Assembly: GCA_021820465.1 (NCBI GenBank)
Contig: JAKADP010000003.1
Coordinates: 2,183-66,182 of the forward strand
Direction: 5' to 3'
DNA: 64,000 nucleotides
From: Bacillota bacterium
GTDB taxonomy: Bacteria > Bacillota > Sulfobacillia > Sulfobacillales > JAIMBI01
Position numbers and translations under genes: made by a program. Positions within the stretch are counted from its first letter, which is position 1; each line of letters starts with the position of its first letter. Under the pieces are notes generated by a model that did not search any database, was not told the DNA's origin, and saw nothing but the letters and a program-made list of their open reading frames with translations. Shown in pieces: positions 39,301-48,237 of the stretch.

Positions 39301-39501
39301 CACCGTGGCGCCGGCAATGGGCCGAATACCCGCCTGCTGGGCGGCGGCGGTCAGCCGCACCAGCCCCGACACCCGGTGCCAGTCGGTCAGCGCCACGGTG
39401 TCCACCCCCGTGGCCACGGCCGCCGCGACCAGATCTTCCGGGGTGCTGGAGCCATCCAAAAAGGAAAAGGCCGAGTGGTTGTGCAGCGCCGCCCACCCCA
39501 T
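36400..39501 (-). CDS. dnaE2: error-prone DNA polymerase (DnaE2-type Pol III alpha homologue)
   Basis: 1033 aa. PHP N-terminus LHNHSAFSFLDGSSTPEDLV and a Pol III alpha core. A LexA box lies 21-32 nt upstream of ATG 39501. Confidence 0.9.
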   Translation of the reverse strand: MGWAALHNHSAFSFLDGSSTPEDLVAAAVATGVDTVALTDWHRVSGLVRLTAAAQQAGIRPIAGATVQLARQDGTPSGEDEGRLVLLVPTPDRYVQLTRLLTEAAWQHPRKAPRVEWASLAQHGPGLVALSGGRRGVLDAKLQRGQRERARSTAERLKAIFGRDLHLELAVGWLPGDRMIHQALGDLGEALHLQCVAAVEVHHADAAGFVPYDLLVAVRHGLSVEAPHPDRPFNACGFLQGPAALARALGGLAPAAVHNTQALGERLEPVPLLGQKRLPSWPGGGDAFATLVQLTERGAARRYGPGWRRLSRRLSHELGVIRDLGFADYFLVVEDVAAFARRRGIRFAGRGSAADSVVAYCLGITEVDAAGRALLFERFLSRERAEAPDIDIDFDARRRDEVADYVRDRYGRERVAAVATYQTFRARLAVRQVGRVLGFPPAVLDHLAKSLPERSLARLMDDEAAFDKVPELAALHLSPLHRRLVTWAVHLEGLPRHLGTHLGGLVVSGEPLEQVTPVERSAKGVALCQFDKRDVESLGLLKLDLLSLRTFTAIDFAEKAIRQEDPAFQMDRIPPEDPGVYRRLQAADSIGVFQLESPAQRALARRLQPDRFEDVVASLALIRPGPIQGNMVDPFVARRRGEEPVQYPHPDLEPILKKTYGVVLFQEQVIAIASTLAGFTPGEADQLRRVMTHGRSAAEMDRMGQVFLDKAVARGVAREVAEEVFQQMVGYASYGFNEAHAAAFAETAYRTVYLLDRFPGPYVAGLLNAQPMGYYPRDVLVVEARRRGVDLWPLAAGGSTEDFSWVPSANAIRVGYRAVAGMGEGAAALEAAGRSLEPGQGRVEALWRASRLDPGRLAQLVRLGAFDAWDADRDRMLEQLWSVNPLGMVSERAGGRPWTLAERLYWEYRLLGFGQTTQLMALWRDRLAADGFCTVREAGEAPDGGWVRTAGVLVRPHRPPTRSGRLIVFFSLLDETGLLDASLSEQGYARYGQHLFSSRSRGVLVVAGRMRRGTLMVSSVAPNPYSSYSAYKD

Positions 39502-39517
39502 GCGATCGCCTCCGATT

Positions 39518-39537
39518 AATAGAACGTGTGTTCTATT
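39518..39537. promoter_or_regulatory. LexA (Cheo-type SOS) box upstream of dnaE2
   Basis: aatAGAACgtgtGTTCTatt. GAAC-N4-GTTC at 39522-39533. Confidence 0.75.
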
Positions 39538-39706
39538 ATACGTCGGCTGAGGATTCCCCGCCGCATCCCTCCCCATGATGCCGCGGGCCCGCCTTTGAAG
39601 GGCCCCACGGCCGGCCTAGCCCCTGTGGGCGGTTGCCGAGATGCTGCCCCGCCGCTATCATCGCGTATCATGCCGATGCTCGCGCGGCCGGGAGGAACGA
39701 CGCACT

Positions 39707-40240
39707 ATGCCACGTTTAGAGGTGCTGCAGGAGGGCAACGTGCGGCTGCGCCCGGTGTCGCTGCCGGACGACATCGACGTGGCCTGGGCCTGGTATCAGG
39801 ACGTGGAGACGCTTGCGCTGTCCCAGCGCCCAGGCACCGAGCCCCTGTCCCGCGACCGTGTGGCGCGCATGTATCAGTATCAGGCGGCGCACGGGGAATT
39901 TTACATGATTGAGATCCAGGGGGCGATCGGAGTCCAGGACGCCGCAGACAGCCCATCCTGGCACCCCATTGGCGACGTGATGCTGGCCCCAGACACACTC
40001 CCCATCGTGATTGGGGTCCCTGCCGCCCGGCGGCGGGGCATCGGCCGGCGCGTGCTGGCGCTGCTGATTGCCCGCGCCCGCCAGCTGGGCTGGCCCACAC
40101 TGCAAGCCAAGGAAATCTGGTCCTACAACGAAGGCAGTCGCCGGCTGTTTCAATCGGCAGGCTTTGTTCTGGCCGCCACCGGGGTCGACCCCGGTGGCCA
40201 GCCATACGAGCGCTACCGGCTGGACCTCCGGGGCCCGTGA
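39707..40240 (+). CDS. GNAT family N-acetyltransferase
   Basis: Track ORF trimmed to ATG 39707. RRRGIGRRVLALLIARARQLG is an acetyl-CoA-binding motif. Confidence 0.7.
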   Translation: MPRLEVLQEGNVRLRPVSLPDDIDVAWAWYQDVETLALSQRPGTEPLSRDRVARMYQYQAAHGEFYMIEIQGAIGVQDAADSPSWHPIGDVMLAPDTLPIVIGVPAARRRGIGRRVLALLIARARQLGWPTLQAKEIWSYNEGSRRLFQSAGFVLAATGVDPGGQPYERYRLDLRGP

Positions 40241-40244
40241 GCCC

Positions 40245-41090
40245 TTAAAACGCTTGCAGCGTCAGATCCTCGCCGCTGGCGGGAAAGGCCCGGTCCAACC
40301 GGTCCAACTCCGCGGCCGACAGGGTCAGGCCCAGCGCGGCCGCATTATCGGCCAGGTGGGCGCGGCGGGCGGCCTTGACGACCACCACCCACCGGGCGGC
40401 GGCGGGCCGCAGGATCCACGCCAAGGCTACTGCCGCCGGAGACACGTCATGTGCGCGTGCCACGTCGGCCAGCACGCCGTTCACGGGAATGTCGGGTCCC
40501 AGCACATGGCGAATGGGGCTGTAGGCCATGAGGCTGGTGTCCAGGCGGGCGGCCACATCTGCCAGTGTGGCTTCCGGCTCCCGCGTGGCCAGCCCATACC
40601 GCACCTGATTGGCAAAGATTCGGCCGTCCGTGAGCCGATGCGCCTCTTCCAGCAGAGCCGCTGGAAAATTGCTCACCCCGATGTGGCGCGCCAATCCCCG
40701 CTCCAACACGTCCACGAGCCCCGCCATCGTCTCAGCCAGGGGCGTCTTCGCCGAAGGCCAATGCAGCAGATATAGGTCGACCCAGTCGGTGCCCAGCCGC
40801 TTCAGCGACTGGCTGAGGCTCCGCAAAACGTCCTCCCGCCCCGCATGGGACGGCCACACTTTGGTGGTGAGAAACACCTGATCCCGCAAGTCCCCCACCG
40901 CATCCCGCACAATCTCCTCCGAGCGGCCCTCCGCATACGCCTCAGCGGTATCGATCAGGGTAAGGCCCGCTTCGATGCCGGCGCGGAGCACATCCACTTC
41001 CTCGGTGCGATGAGCCGCGTCCTCGCCAAACCGCCACGTGCCCTGTCCCAGCGGCGGCACCTCGGTGCCGCGGGTCGTTGTCCATGCCAT
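40245..41090 (-). CDS. aldo/keto reductase
   Basis: Track ORF 40245..41321 trimmed to ATG 41090 (GAGGGGG upstream). LGQGTWRFG, IDTAEAYAEGRSEE and HWP are AKR motifs. Confidence 0.85.
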   Translation of the reverse strand: MAWTTTRGTEVPPLGQGTWRFGEDAAHRTEEVDVLRAGIEAGLTLIDTAEAYAEGRSEEIVRDAVGDLRDQVFLTTKVWPSHAGREDVLRSLSQSLKRLGTDWVDLYLLHWPSAKTPLAETMAGLVDVLERGLARHIGVSNFPAALLEEAHRLTDGRIFANQVRYGLATREPEATLADVAARLDTSLMAYSPIRHVLGPDIPVNGVLADVARAHDVSPAAVALAWILRPAAARWVVVVKAARRAHLADNAAALGLTLSAAELDRLDRAFPASGEDLTLQAF

Positions 41091-41160
41091 GCGATGTTCC
41101 CCCTCACTGCTGGGGGGCAATCCCCCGCGCTCGCCCCCGAGCTTAGCACGAGCGGGCTTG

Positions 41161-41400
41161 TCAGTCGTACACCCGGTACAGCCACCACTGGTGCTGATCC
41201 AGATCCGACGCCACCTCAAACACTCCGCCGCCATCGACGCCCACACGAAAAAACCAGCAGGGCATCTCGTTGGCCCACCAGGCCCCCTGGTCCTGCCACT
41301 GGTCCAAAATGTGCTCCACACGGTACCAGTGGCGCCGCCACCGGAACCGACGAGGCTCCCCAGCCGCCACCCTCACCTCAATCGCCTGCCAGCGACTCAC
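41161..41400 (-). CDS. small Trp-rich protein translationally coupled to the imuB-like gene (DUF6504-like by recollection)
   Basis: GTG 41400 overlaps the imuB-like stop (GTGA). The 79-aa product is VSRWQAIEVRVAAGEPRRFRWRRHWYRVEHILDQWQDQGAWW...HQWWLYRVYD. Confidence 0.55.
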   Translation of the reverse strand: MSRWQAIEVRVAAGEPRRFRWRRHWYRVEHILDQWQDQGAWWANEMPCWFFRVGVDGGGVFEVASDLDQHQWWLYRVYD

Positions 41401-42476
41401 CGTGCCGCACTCCGCCAGGGATCCCACAGGGCTAATCGCCGCTCCCGCGCCGACTCCCACCGCGCCATGGACAGCATCAGGGCCTGCGGCCCCGCTGCCG
41501 CCGCGCGAGGTGCCGCGCTCCCCCACCATGTTAGTTGGGAATCGGGAGCGGCCGACAGCTGGTCCGCTTCAATGGCCACCCGAATCGGCGGATCCACGCC
41601 CTGGGGCGCCACGAGGGCAAGGACGCGCAACAGCAGCCGGGTGGCGTCCTGCACCCCCGCGGGCCACTGCCGACGCCATTCGACCGGGGAGCTTGCCTCC
41701 CCTTCCCAAGTAACGCGGAGGCCCGACGCCACCCATCGCCCGGCCTTGAGCCTCCCTGCCAGCTCCTGCACCATCTCGATCCACACCGACCGCAGGCCCA
41801 CCTCCAGCGGATCGGGCCAGCGGCGCTCCACTACCAGGAGCGGCGGCGCCGCGGCCGCCAGATATGGCGACCGCGCCAATCGCCGAGCCAGCCCTGGCAC
41901 ATCGCCCACCCGCTCCCAGTGGAGCTGCCGCCAGCGCGTTCTGTCCGCCAGCGCCACTGGCACGGCCTTCAGCGGAAAGCTGGCCCAGGCCGCCGCGGTC
42001 TCTGCCGGCCCCGCCACCCAACAGCGCCCCGGCACCCCGGCTTCCCACATCGGCAGCCCCAGCGCCTCGCCGGCCCGCGCCACCCATCCGGCCAGCAGAG
42101 GATGCTCAGCCACCCCCCCACGAATCCACCCCGCCTCGGCCGGCACCAGCATGCCTGCCAGCGCACTCCAATCTCGAGGGGTGGGGACGCTCACCGCCAC
42201 CCACCCGCGGCGCACATCTGGCAGCGCCCATGGCCCTCCCCACTGGGATAGCTGATGGCCCATGTTCCGCTGAGGATCGCGGTAGAGTGATGCCTGCCAG
42301 TCGCAGCGCACCGCGGTGGGGGCATGCCAGCGCAGCTCTGACTCCGCCATGGCCCAGCGGATCCCCTGATCCCACAGGGGCAGCGAGGCATCAAAAACTT
42401 TGCCGTCGTGCAGGACCACATATTCTGCGGCCGCAGGCAGCCCCGGAGACGCCACCTGACGCAGTTCGAATGCCAT
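41397..42476 (-). CDS. imuB: ImuB-like Y-family polymerase homologue (probably non-catalytic)
   Basis: About 359 aa. The N-terminal VVLHDGKVFDASLPLWDQGIRWAMAESE resembles ImuB/DinB palm-finger but lacks the DMDxFF-type motif. A LexA box lies 26 nt upstream and dnaE2 lies 2 kb away. Confidence 0.6.
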   Translation of the reverse strand: MAFELRQVASPGLPAAAEYVVLHDGKVFDASLPLWDQGIRWAMAESELRWHAPTAVRCDWQASLYRDPQRNMGHQLSQWGGPWALPDVRRGWVAVSVPTPRDWSALAGMLVPAEAGWIRGGVAEHPLLAGWVARAGEALGLPMWEAGVPGRCWVAGPAETAAAWASFPLKAVPVALADRTRWRQLHWERVGDVPGLARRLARSPYLAAAAPPLLVVERRWPDPLEVGLRSVWIEMVQELAGRLKAGRWVASGLRVTWEGEASSPVEWRRQWPAGVQDATRLLLRVLALVAPQGVDPPIRVAIEADQLSAAPDSQLTWWGSAAPRAAAAGPQALMLSMARWESARERRLALWDPWRSAAR

Positions 42477-42497
42477 GAACACGTGTCCTCACCCTTG

Positions 42498-42517
42498 ATT
42501 AGAACTTATGTTCCAAT
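42498..42517. promoter_or_regulatory. LexA (Cheo-type SOS) box upstream of the imuB-like gene
   Basis: attAGAACttatGTTCCaat. GAAC-N4-GTTC at 42502-42513. Confidence 0.7.
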
Positions 42518-42673
42518 CATAAGGCCTCGCCCTGTCCACCACAAGGCCAGCGGCCAGGCGAATCAGCAGGTCTCGCGTGACCGGGCGGCGACGTGCATGG
42601 TGATAAGGCCCCAAGCCCTCTCTTGGCCTTTTTCGCTCCCGTGCTCCAGAAAACCCCGAGCCCGGCTCGATGC

Positions 42674-43459
42674 CTAGGGCTTCTTGCCGTCGGCCTGCTG
42701 CCGCTGGGCCCAAAAAGCCGCCAGCCCTGCGCGCGAGTCGTCTGAGAGGGCCACCAAGCCCACCATCTCCCGCAGATAGCGCATCTGCTCCCCCGCCGGC
42801 AGGCTGGGAAACACCCCCGCCGCCTCCTTGCCCATGCGCAAGATAAAGGCGCTGTGCTGAGCCAGCTGCTGGCAGTACGCCAAGCTTCCGGCGTCCAACT
42901 CTTCGGCGGGCACCACGCGGTTGACAAACCCCCACCGCTCCGCGGTGGCCACATCCATTCGGTCTCCCGTCCATGCCAGTTCCAACGTGCGCCGGCGCCC
43001 CAGGTGCCGGGAGATCGGGGCCATCACCACCATGGGAAAGAGGCCGACCTGAATCTCTGGCAGTCCAAACACCGTATTGTCCGCGGCCACCACCAAGTCC
43101 GCGCCGGCCGCCAGCCCCATCCCCCCCGCCAGCGTGTAGCCAAACACCGCGGCCACCAGTGGCTTGGGGCAGCGCTCCATGGCCTCGATGAGCCGCGCCA
43201 TCCCACCGAAGTACCGGCGGACGGCATCCACGCCATCCAAGGCGCCGACTTCTTTTAAGTCGGCGCCTGCACAAAAGGCTCGGCTCCCCGCGGCCGTGAG
43301 GCGCACCACCGACGTCCCGTCCTCCGCCCCCACGTCGGCCAGCCGGTCGATGAGCTCGTCGATCACGGCACTGTTCAGCGCATTGGCCGCCGCCGGGCGG
43401 TTCAGGCGCAGTGTGGCGACCCGCCCCTCGTGCTCCACCAGAACACCGGGCTCAGTCAT
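42674..43459 (-). CDS. enoyl-CoA hydratase/isomerase (methylglutaconyl-CoA hydratase-like)
   Basis: Track ORF trimmed to ATG 43459. ATLRLNRPAAANAL, AFCAGADLKE and GYTLAGGMGLAAGADL are crotonase motifs. Confidence 0.85.
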   Translation of the reverse strand: MTEPGVLVEHEGRVATLRLNRPAAANALNSAVIDELIDRLADVGAEDGTSVVRLTAAGSRAFCAGADLKEVGALDGVDAVRRYFGGMARLIEAMERCPKPLVAAVFGYTLAGGMGLAAGADLVVAADNTVFGLPEIQVGLFPMVVMAPISRHLGRRRTLELAWTGDRMDVATAERWGFVNRVVPAEELDAGSLAYCQQLAQHSAFILRMGKEAAGVFPSLPAGEQMRYLREMVGLVALSDDSRAGLAAFWAQRQQADGKKP

Positions 43460-44384
43460 GCACATACCCCTGGGGTCCGACGGGCACCATGCGGCCCCGG
43501 GCGCGGCGCACCCGCGACGGCAGCGGGTGTCCCACCCACTCTTCCAGCCGATCGCCCAACGCCAGCAGGGCATCCAGGTTGATGCCCGTGGCCACCCCCG
43601 ACTCCTCCAGCATGTACACGGCATCTTCGGTCGCGAGGTTCCCACCCGCCCCCGGGGAGAACGGGGACCCTCCGATGCCCCCCAGCGCTGTATCAAACAG
43701 GGTGATGCCCACATCGATGGCCGCCAGCATGTTGGCGAGGGCGGTGCCGCGATTGTCATGAAAGTGGCCGCCCAGATTCAGGCCCGGAATGTCCTGGCGC
43801 AGCTGGCTGAACATAGCCTGCACCTTCTTGGGATTGGCCACCCCCACGGTGTCCCCCAGCGTGATCTCGCGGACCCCCATGCCAAACAGCCGATACGCGA
43901 GGTCCACTACCACCGACGTGGGCACCTCGCCCTCGTAGGGGCAGCCGAAGGACGCCACAATGACGGCACTGGGCGGGACGTGATGGGCACGGGACATGTC
44001 GCACACGGTCTGAAGCTCCTGAAGCGAGTCGGTGATGCTCCGGTGGACGTTTTTCCAGTTGTGCGTCTCGCTAGCCGACAGAAAGACGGTAATCTCATCG
44101 GGGTTCATGGTCACCGCCCGCTGAGCCCCCTTAATGTTGGGCACCAGCACCGCATAGCGGCAGTAGGCGCGCCGGGTCAAGTTGGCCATCACCGCCTCGG
44201 CATCGGCCAACTGGGGCAGCAACTTCGGATGCACCACCGACACCGCCTCGATGCGCGACACCCCAGCCTGCGCCAATCCGTCAATCAGCTCCAGCTTGTG
44301 TTCCGTGGACACAATCACCGGCTCCGATTGCAGTCCATCCCGTGGTGATACATCGCGCAGCACCACCCGATCCGGCAGCCGCAT
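43452..44384 (-). CDS. hydroxymethylglutaryl-CoA lyase
   Basis: Track ORF trimmed to ATG 44384. LRDVSPRDGLQSEP, LGDTVGVANP and GGHFHDNRGTALAN are HMGL motifs. Confidence 0.9.
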   Translation of the reverse strand: MRLPDRVVLRDVSPRDGLQSEPVIVSTEHKLELIDGLAQAGVSRIEAVSVVHPKLLPQLADAEAVMANLTRRAYCRYAVLVPNIKGAQRAVTMNPDEITVFLSASETHNWKNVHRSITDSLQELQTVCDMSRAHHVPPSAVIVASFGCPYEGEVPTSVVVDLAYRLFGMGVREITLGDTVGVANPKKVQAMFSQLRQDIPGLNLGGHFHDNRGTALANMLAAIDVGITLFDTALGGIGGSPFSPGAGGNLATEDAVYMLEESGVATGINLDALLALGDRLEEWVGHPLPSRVRRARGRMVPVGPQGYVHD

Positions 44385-44427
44385 CTTGCCACCCCTTCCT
44401 CTTCGCGGTTCGCCTGACCTCGGGCCG

Positions 44428-45945
44428 TCACACCGGGGTGACGGGGTGGCGCCGCCGGCTGAAGTGCCGATCCTTCCCACGGTACCGCGCAAACCGGCTC
44501 ACAAGTTCCCCGCGCAGGCTGGCGGGCTCCACGATGTCGTCCACCACCAGCTCCGCCCCCAGCCGCAGGATATCAATGTCCTCCCGATACTCGGCCTGCT
44601 TCTCCGCCACAAACCGGGTGCGCGCCTCGCCCTCCAACTCCTGAATGCGATTGAAGTACACGGCGTTGACCGCCGCCTCCGGCCCCATCACCGCAATTTG
44701 CGCGCTGGGCAGCGCCAGCACCGCGTCCGACCCGAAGGCAGGGCCCGCCATCGCGTACAGCCCGGCGCCGTAGGCCTTGCGCAGCACCACACAAATTTTC
44801 GGCACCGTGGCCTCTGACACCGCCGCCACGAGCTTCGCACCATGGCGAATGATCCCGGCCCGCTCCACCTTCGTTCCAATCATAAACCCGGGCACGTCTG
44901 CTAAAAACAGCAGCGGCACATTAAACGCATCGCACAGGGTGATAAACCGGCTGGCCTTGTCGGACGAGTCCACAAACAAGACGCCGCCCTTGACCTTGGA
45001 CTGATTCGCCACGATGCCGACCGGCGAGCCGTCCAGGCGGGCGAAGCCAATCACCAACTCGGGCGCCCAGAGAGGCTTCAGCTCAAAGAAGGATCCCGCA
45101 TCCACCAACCCCTCGATCACTTGCTTTACATCGAAGGGCACATTCTGATTGCCGGGAATGATCCGCGACCAGTCCACCGCCGCCGCGGGCTGCGCCATGG
45201 TGGACGGTGGCTCCTGTTCGAAGTTGTCCGGCAGATACTGGAGGTACTGCCGCCCCCAGCGAATGGCGGTCGGTTCGTCGGGGGCCAGCAAATCCCCGGT
45301 GCCACTCACCGTGCAGTGCATGCGGGCCCCGCCCATCTCCTCCAGAGTCACTTTTTCGCCAATCACCATCTCGGCCATGCGCGGGGATCCCAGATACATG
45401 GAGGCGTTGTGGTCCACCATCACGACGACGTCGCAAAAGGCGGGAATGTAGGCCCCACCAGCCGCCGACGGGCCAAACAGCAGGCAGATTTGCGGCACCC
45501 GCCCCGACAGCTTCACCTCGTTGTAGAAGATGCGGCCGGCTCCCCGCCGGCCGGGAAACATCTCCACCTGGTCCGTGATGCGCGCTCCCGCCGAATCGAC
45601 CAGGTAAAAAATCGGACATTGATAGCGCTCGGCCTGCTCCTGGACCCGCAGGATTTTTTCAACCGTGCGGGCCCCCCACGATCCGGCTTTGACCGTGGGG
45701 TCGTTGGCCATCACCACCACCCGCCGCCCCTCGATCGTGCCCGTCACGGTGATCACGCCGTCCGCCGCCAGCTCGTCGTCCAAGGCGTTGGCAAACACGC
45801 CGTCCTCCACGTAGCCGGGGTCCAACAGCAGCGCCAGCCGCTCGCGGACCGGGAGCTTGTGCGCGGCCGCCAAGCGCTCGTGATAGCGCGGCGGACCGCC
45901 CGCCAAAGCTTTGCGGCGCCGCTCTCTCAGCTCATTGGTGTCCAT
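44428..45945 (-). CDS. acyl-CoA carboxylase carboxyltransferase (beta) subunit
   Basis: 505 aa of the Carboxyl_trans family: VTGTIEGRRVVVMANDPTVKAGSWG, GPSAAGGAYIPA, AYGAGLYAM. Confidence 0.9.
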   Translation of the reverse strand: MDTNELRERRRKALAGGPPRYHERLAAAHKLPVRERLALLLDPGYVEDGVFANALDDELAADGVITVTGTIEGRRVVVMANDPTVKAGSWGARTVEKILRVQEQAERYQCPIFYLVDSAGARITDQVEMFPGRRGAGRIFYNEVKLSGRVPQICLLFGPSAAGGAYIPAFCDVVVMVDHNASMYLGSPRMAEMVIGEKVTLEEMGGARMHCTVSGTGDLLAPDEPTAIRWGRQYLQYLPDNFEQEPPSTMAQPAAAVDWSRIIPGNQNVPFDVKQVIEGLVDAGSFFELKPLWAPELVIGFARLDGSPVGIVANQSKVKGGVLFVDSSDKASRFITLCDAFNVPLLFLADVPGFMIGTKVERAGIIRHGAKLVAAVSEATVPKICVVLRKAYGAGLYAMAGPAFGSDAVLALPSAQIAVMGPEAAVNAVYFNRIQELEGEARTRFVAEKQAEYREDIDILRLGAELVVDDIVEPASLRGELVSRFARYRGKDRHFSRRRHPVTPV

Positions 45946-45988
45946 GTGATCGCTCCCATCATGTATGTGGCGTGGCCCGGACCCGGCG

Positions 45989-46201
45989 TCAGTCCAAAAT
46001 CACTAGGGGATCTCCCTCGTTGACAAACGTGCCCTCCACCGCCAGCACCTCGCGCACCGTGCCCGCCACCTCTGACTCGACCGGAATCTCCATCTTCATC
46101 GATTCGAGCCGCGCCACTTCCTGACCCACCTCGACCCGATCGCCCACCGCCACCAGCATCTTGAAAACCGTCCCCGCCAAGCTTGCCTGAACCGCCGTCA
46201 T
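45989..46201 (-). CDS. biotin carboxyl carrier protein (stand-alone biotinyl domain)
   Basis: 70 aa with the LESMKME biotinylation motif. ATG 46201 is preceded by GAGGAGGAGAAGG and overlaps the upstream stop (ATGA). Confidence 0.8.
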   Translation of the reverse strand: MTAVQASLAGTVFKMLVAVGDRVEVGQEVARLESMKMEIPVESEVAGTVREVLAVEGTFVNEGDPLVILD

Positions 46202-46887
46202 GCCTTCTCCTCCTCGCACTCCCACTTCGCTCCGCCGGCCAGGGGCCACGAGCCGCCTGGGAACCGAGCCGGCACCAGGCCGCCGTCGCGCCACCAGCCA
46301 TCAAACAGCCGGGCACTCTTGACGCGTGCCCCGCCCTCCACCGCCCGAGTCCCCGGATCCCAGGCGTCATCCGGCGCCACGCGGCGATACGCGCCCAACA
46401 GCTCATCCGCCCACGCCCATCGCCGCGTGCCGTCCGTCACAGCGCCCGCCACAGCCGGATCCGCGTACAGCAGCGGACCCGCGCCAAACGCCTGGCCCTC
46501 GAGCCAGGCGGCGGCGCCATGCACAAACCCGACAGGGCCGCCCACCCGCCCGACCGCGCCCAGCGCGGCCGCTCCGCAAATCGCGGCCCACAGCGCTCGG
46601 TGCGAAAACACCAGCACACCCGTGGGGCGCGGCCACAGCAGTGCGGCGTCCGCGGGCCCGAGGGGGCGCGGAGCCGGCCGGCCCGCGCCGGGCGAGAGCC
46701 AGCCCCGGCTGCCCGCCGTCCGCCACCATACCGGCGCCCCCGCTCGCCAGGCCCCCAGCCAGAGCCCCGGGTCCATGCGCGCCACCCCAAACGGGCCCGA
46801 GCCCAGCGGCAGCGGACCGCCACGGTCTGCGCAGCGGGCGGGGTGGTCCGCCGGCAGCGCGTCGATCCACGCCAAGAGCGTGTTCAC
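46198..46887 (-). CDS. hypothetical Trp/Gly/Ala-rich protein embedded in the carboxylase operon
   Basis: This is the last 229 codons of track ORF 46198..47736. GTG 46887 overlaps the ACAD stop (GTGA) and its own stop overlaps the BCCP ATG. Third codon positions are almost all G/C in this frame. No family recognised. Confidence 0.55.
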   Translation of the reverse strand: MNTLLAWIDALPADHPARCADRGGPLPLGSGPFGVARMDPGLWLGAWRAGAPVWWRTAGSRGWLSPGAGRPAPRPLGPADAALLWPRPTGVLVFSHRALWAAICGAAALGAVGRVGGPVGFVHGAAAWLEGQAFGAGPLLYADPAVAGAVTDGTRRWAWADELLGAYRRVAPDDAWDPGTRAVEGGARVKSARLFDGWWRDGGLVPARFPGGSWPLAGGAKWECEEEKA

Positions 46888-48017
46888 CGGGGCAGCAGCT
46901 GCCGCGCGATGACCAGCCGCTGAATCTCGGACGTTCCCTCCCCAATCACCAGCAGCTTGGCGTCGCGCATGTAGCGCTCTACGGGGTAGTCGCGCATGTA
47001 GCCGTAACCACCGTGAATCTGCACCGCCTCCAGCGACGCCCGCATGGCGGCCTCCGACGCGAACAGTTTGGCCATCGCGGCCTCCTTGGCGTACTCGCGG
47101 TGCTGATCCTTGAGCCACGCCGCCTTCAACACCATGGTCCGCGCCAGCTCCACCTCCATGGCCATATCGGCGAGCTTGAACTGAATGGCCTGAAAGTGCG
47201 CCAGCTCGTGCCCAAACTGCCGCCGAGTCTGGCTGTACGCCAGCGCCGCGTCCAGCGCGGCTTGGGCCACTCCGACCGACAGCGCGCCGATGCTGATGCG
47301 GCCCCCGTCCAAAATCTCCAGGAACTGGCGAAATCCGCGGCCGGGTTCCCCCAGTCGCAGATCGCGCGGCACCTCGACGCCATCCAGATGAATTTCGCAG
47401 GTTTCGGATGACCGCATGCCCAGCTTGCGGTAGTCGGCACGGACGGTCAGCCCGGGCGTGCCGGCGGGAACAATGTAGGAGGAAATGCGCTGGTCTTCTG
47501 GCTGGCGCGCGGTGGCCACGATGTACCCCGCGTGCAGGGCGTTGGTGATGAAAATTTTCGTGCCGGTAATGCGATAGCCCTCGGAGGTCTCTTCGACGCG
47601 AGTGGCCGTGCCGCCGGCATCCGAGCCGGCCCCAGGCTCGGTGAGCCCAAACGCCGCCAAGTACTGGCCCGTCGCCGCCGGGATGAGAAACCGCTCCCGC
47701 TGGGCATCTGACCCGTACAGATAGAGCGGCGAGCACCCCAGCGACACGTGAGCCGCAAATCCCAGGCCCAGCGAGGCATCGACGCGGCCAATCTCCTCCA
47801 CGGCCAAGGCATAGCTCACCGTGTCCCCATCCGACCCACCCCAGCGCTCGGGAAACGGGATGCCAAAAAAGCCGAGCTCGCCCATCTGGCGCATGATGTC
47901 TAAGGGCACCTCGCCGGTCTCGTCACGCTCGGCGGCGCCCGGCGCCACCACCTGGTCGGCAAAGTCTCTTACGGTGGCGCGAATCAGCGTCTGATCCGGC
48001 GTCAAGTCAAAATCCAC
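46884..48017 (-). CDS. acyl-CoA dehydrogenase (isovaleryl-CoA dehydrogenase-like)
   Basis: Track ORF trimmed to GTG 48017 (GGAGGGAGG upstream). [21 protein letters not shown] and [10 protein letters not shown] are ACAD motifs. Confidence 0.9.
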   Translation of the reverse strand: MDFDLTPDQTLIRATVRDFADQVVAPGAAERDETGEVPLDIMRQMGELGFFGIPFPERWGGSDGDTVSYALAVEEIGRVDASLGLGFAAHVSLGCSPLYLYGSDAQRERFLIPAATGQYLAAFGLTEPGAGSDAGGTATRVEETSEGYRITGTKIFITNALHAGYIVATARQPEDQRISSYIVPAGTPGLTVRADYRKLGMRSSETCEIHLDGVEVPRDLRLGEPGRGFRQFLEILDGGRISIGALSVGVAQAALDAALAYSQTRRQFGHELAHFQAIQFKLADMAMEVELARTMVLKAAWLKDQHREYAKEAAMAKLFASEAAMRASLEAVQIHGGYGYMRDYPVERYMRDAKLLVIGEGTSEIQRLVIARQLLPR

Positions 48018-48237
48018 GGCTCTCGCCTCCCTCCTACGTATAACACCCGGGAACCGGTTTGAACATGTGGAACACGCCGCCCCCCCTGTACGGGAGGCCA
48101 ATGTTCGGCTCTTCGCATTGACGGCCAACAGCCGCCATGGTCCGCTGTGGCTGTGGCGCCGGCCATAAGGGCAGACCGCAGGGGCGGCCGGAGGGCCCCG
48201 GCGACACGACACCCCACACGACGACAGGAGGTTCGCG

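Noticed and set aside
46888-47736. N-terminal two-thirds of track ORF 46198..47736
   Set aside because: This part overlaps, out of frame on the same strand, the acyl-CoA dehydrogenase gene, which has unambiguous motifs. Only the last 229 codons, starting at the GTGA junction, were kept.
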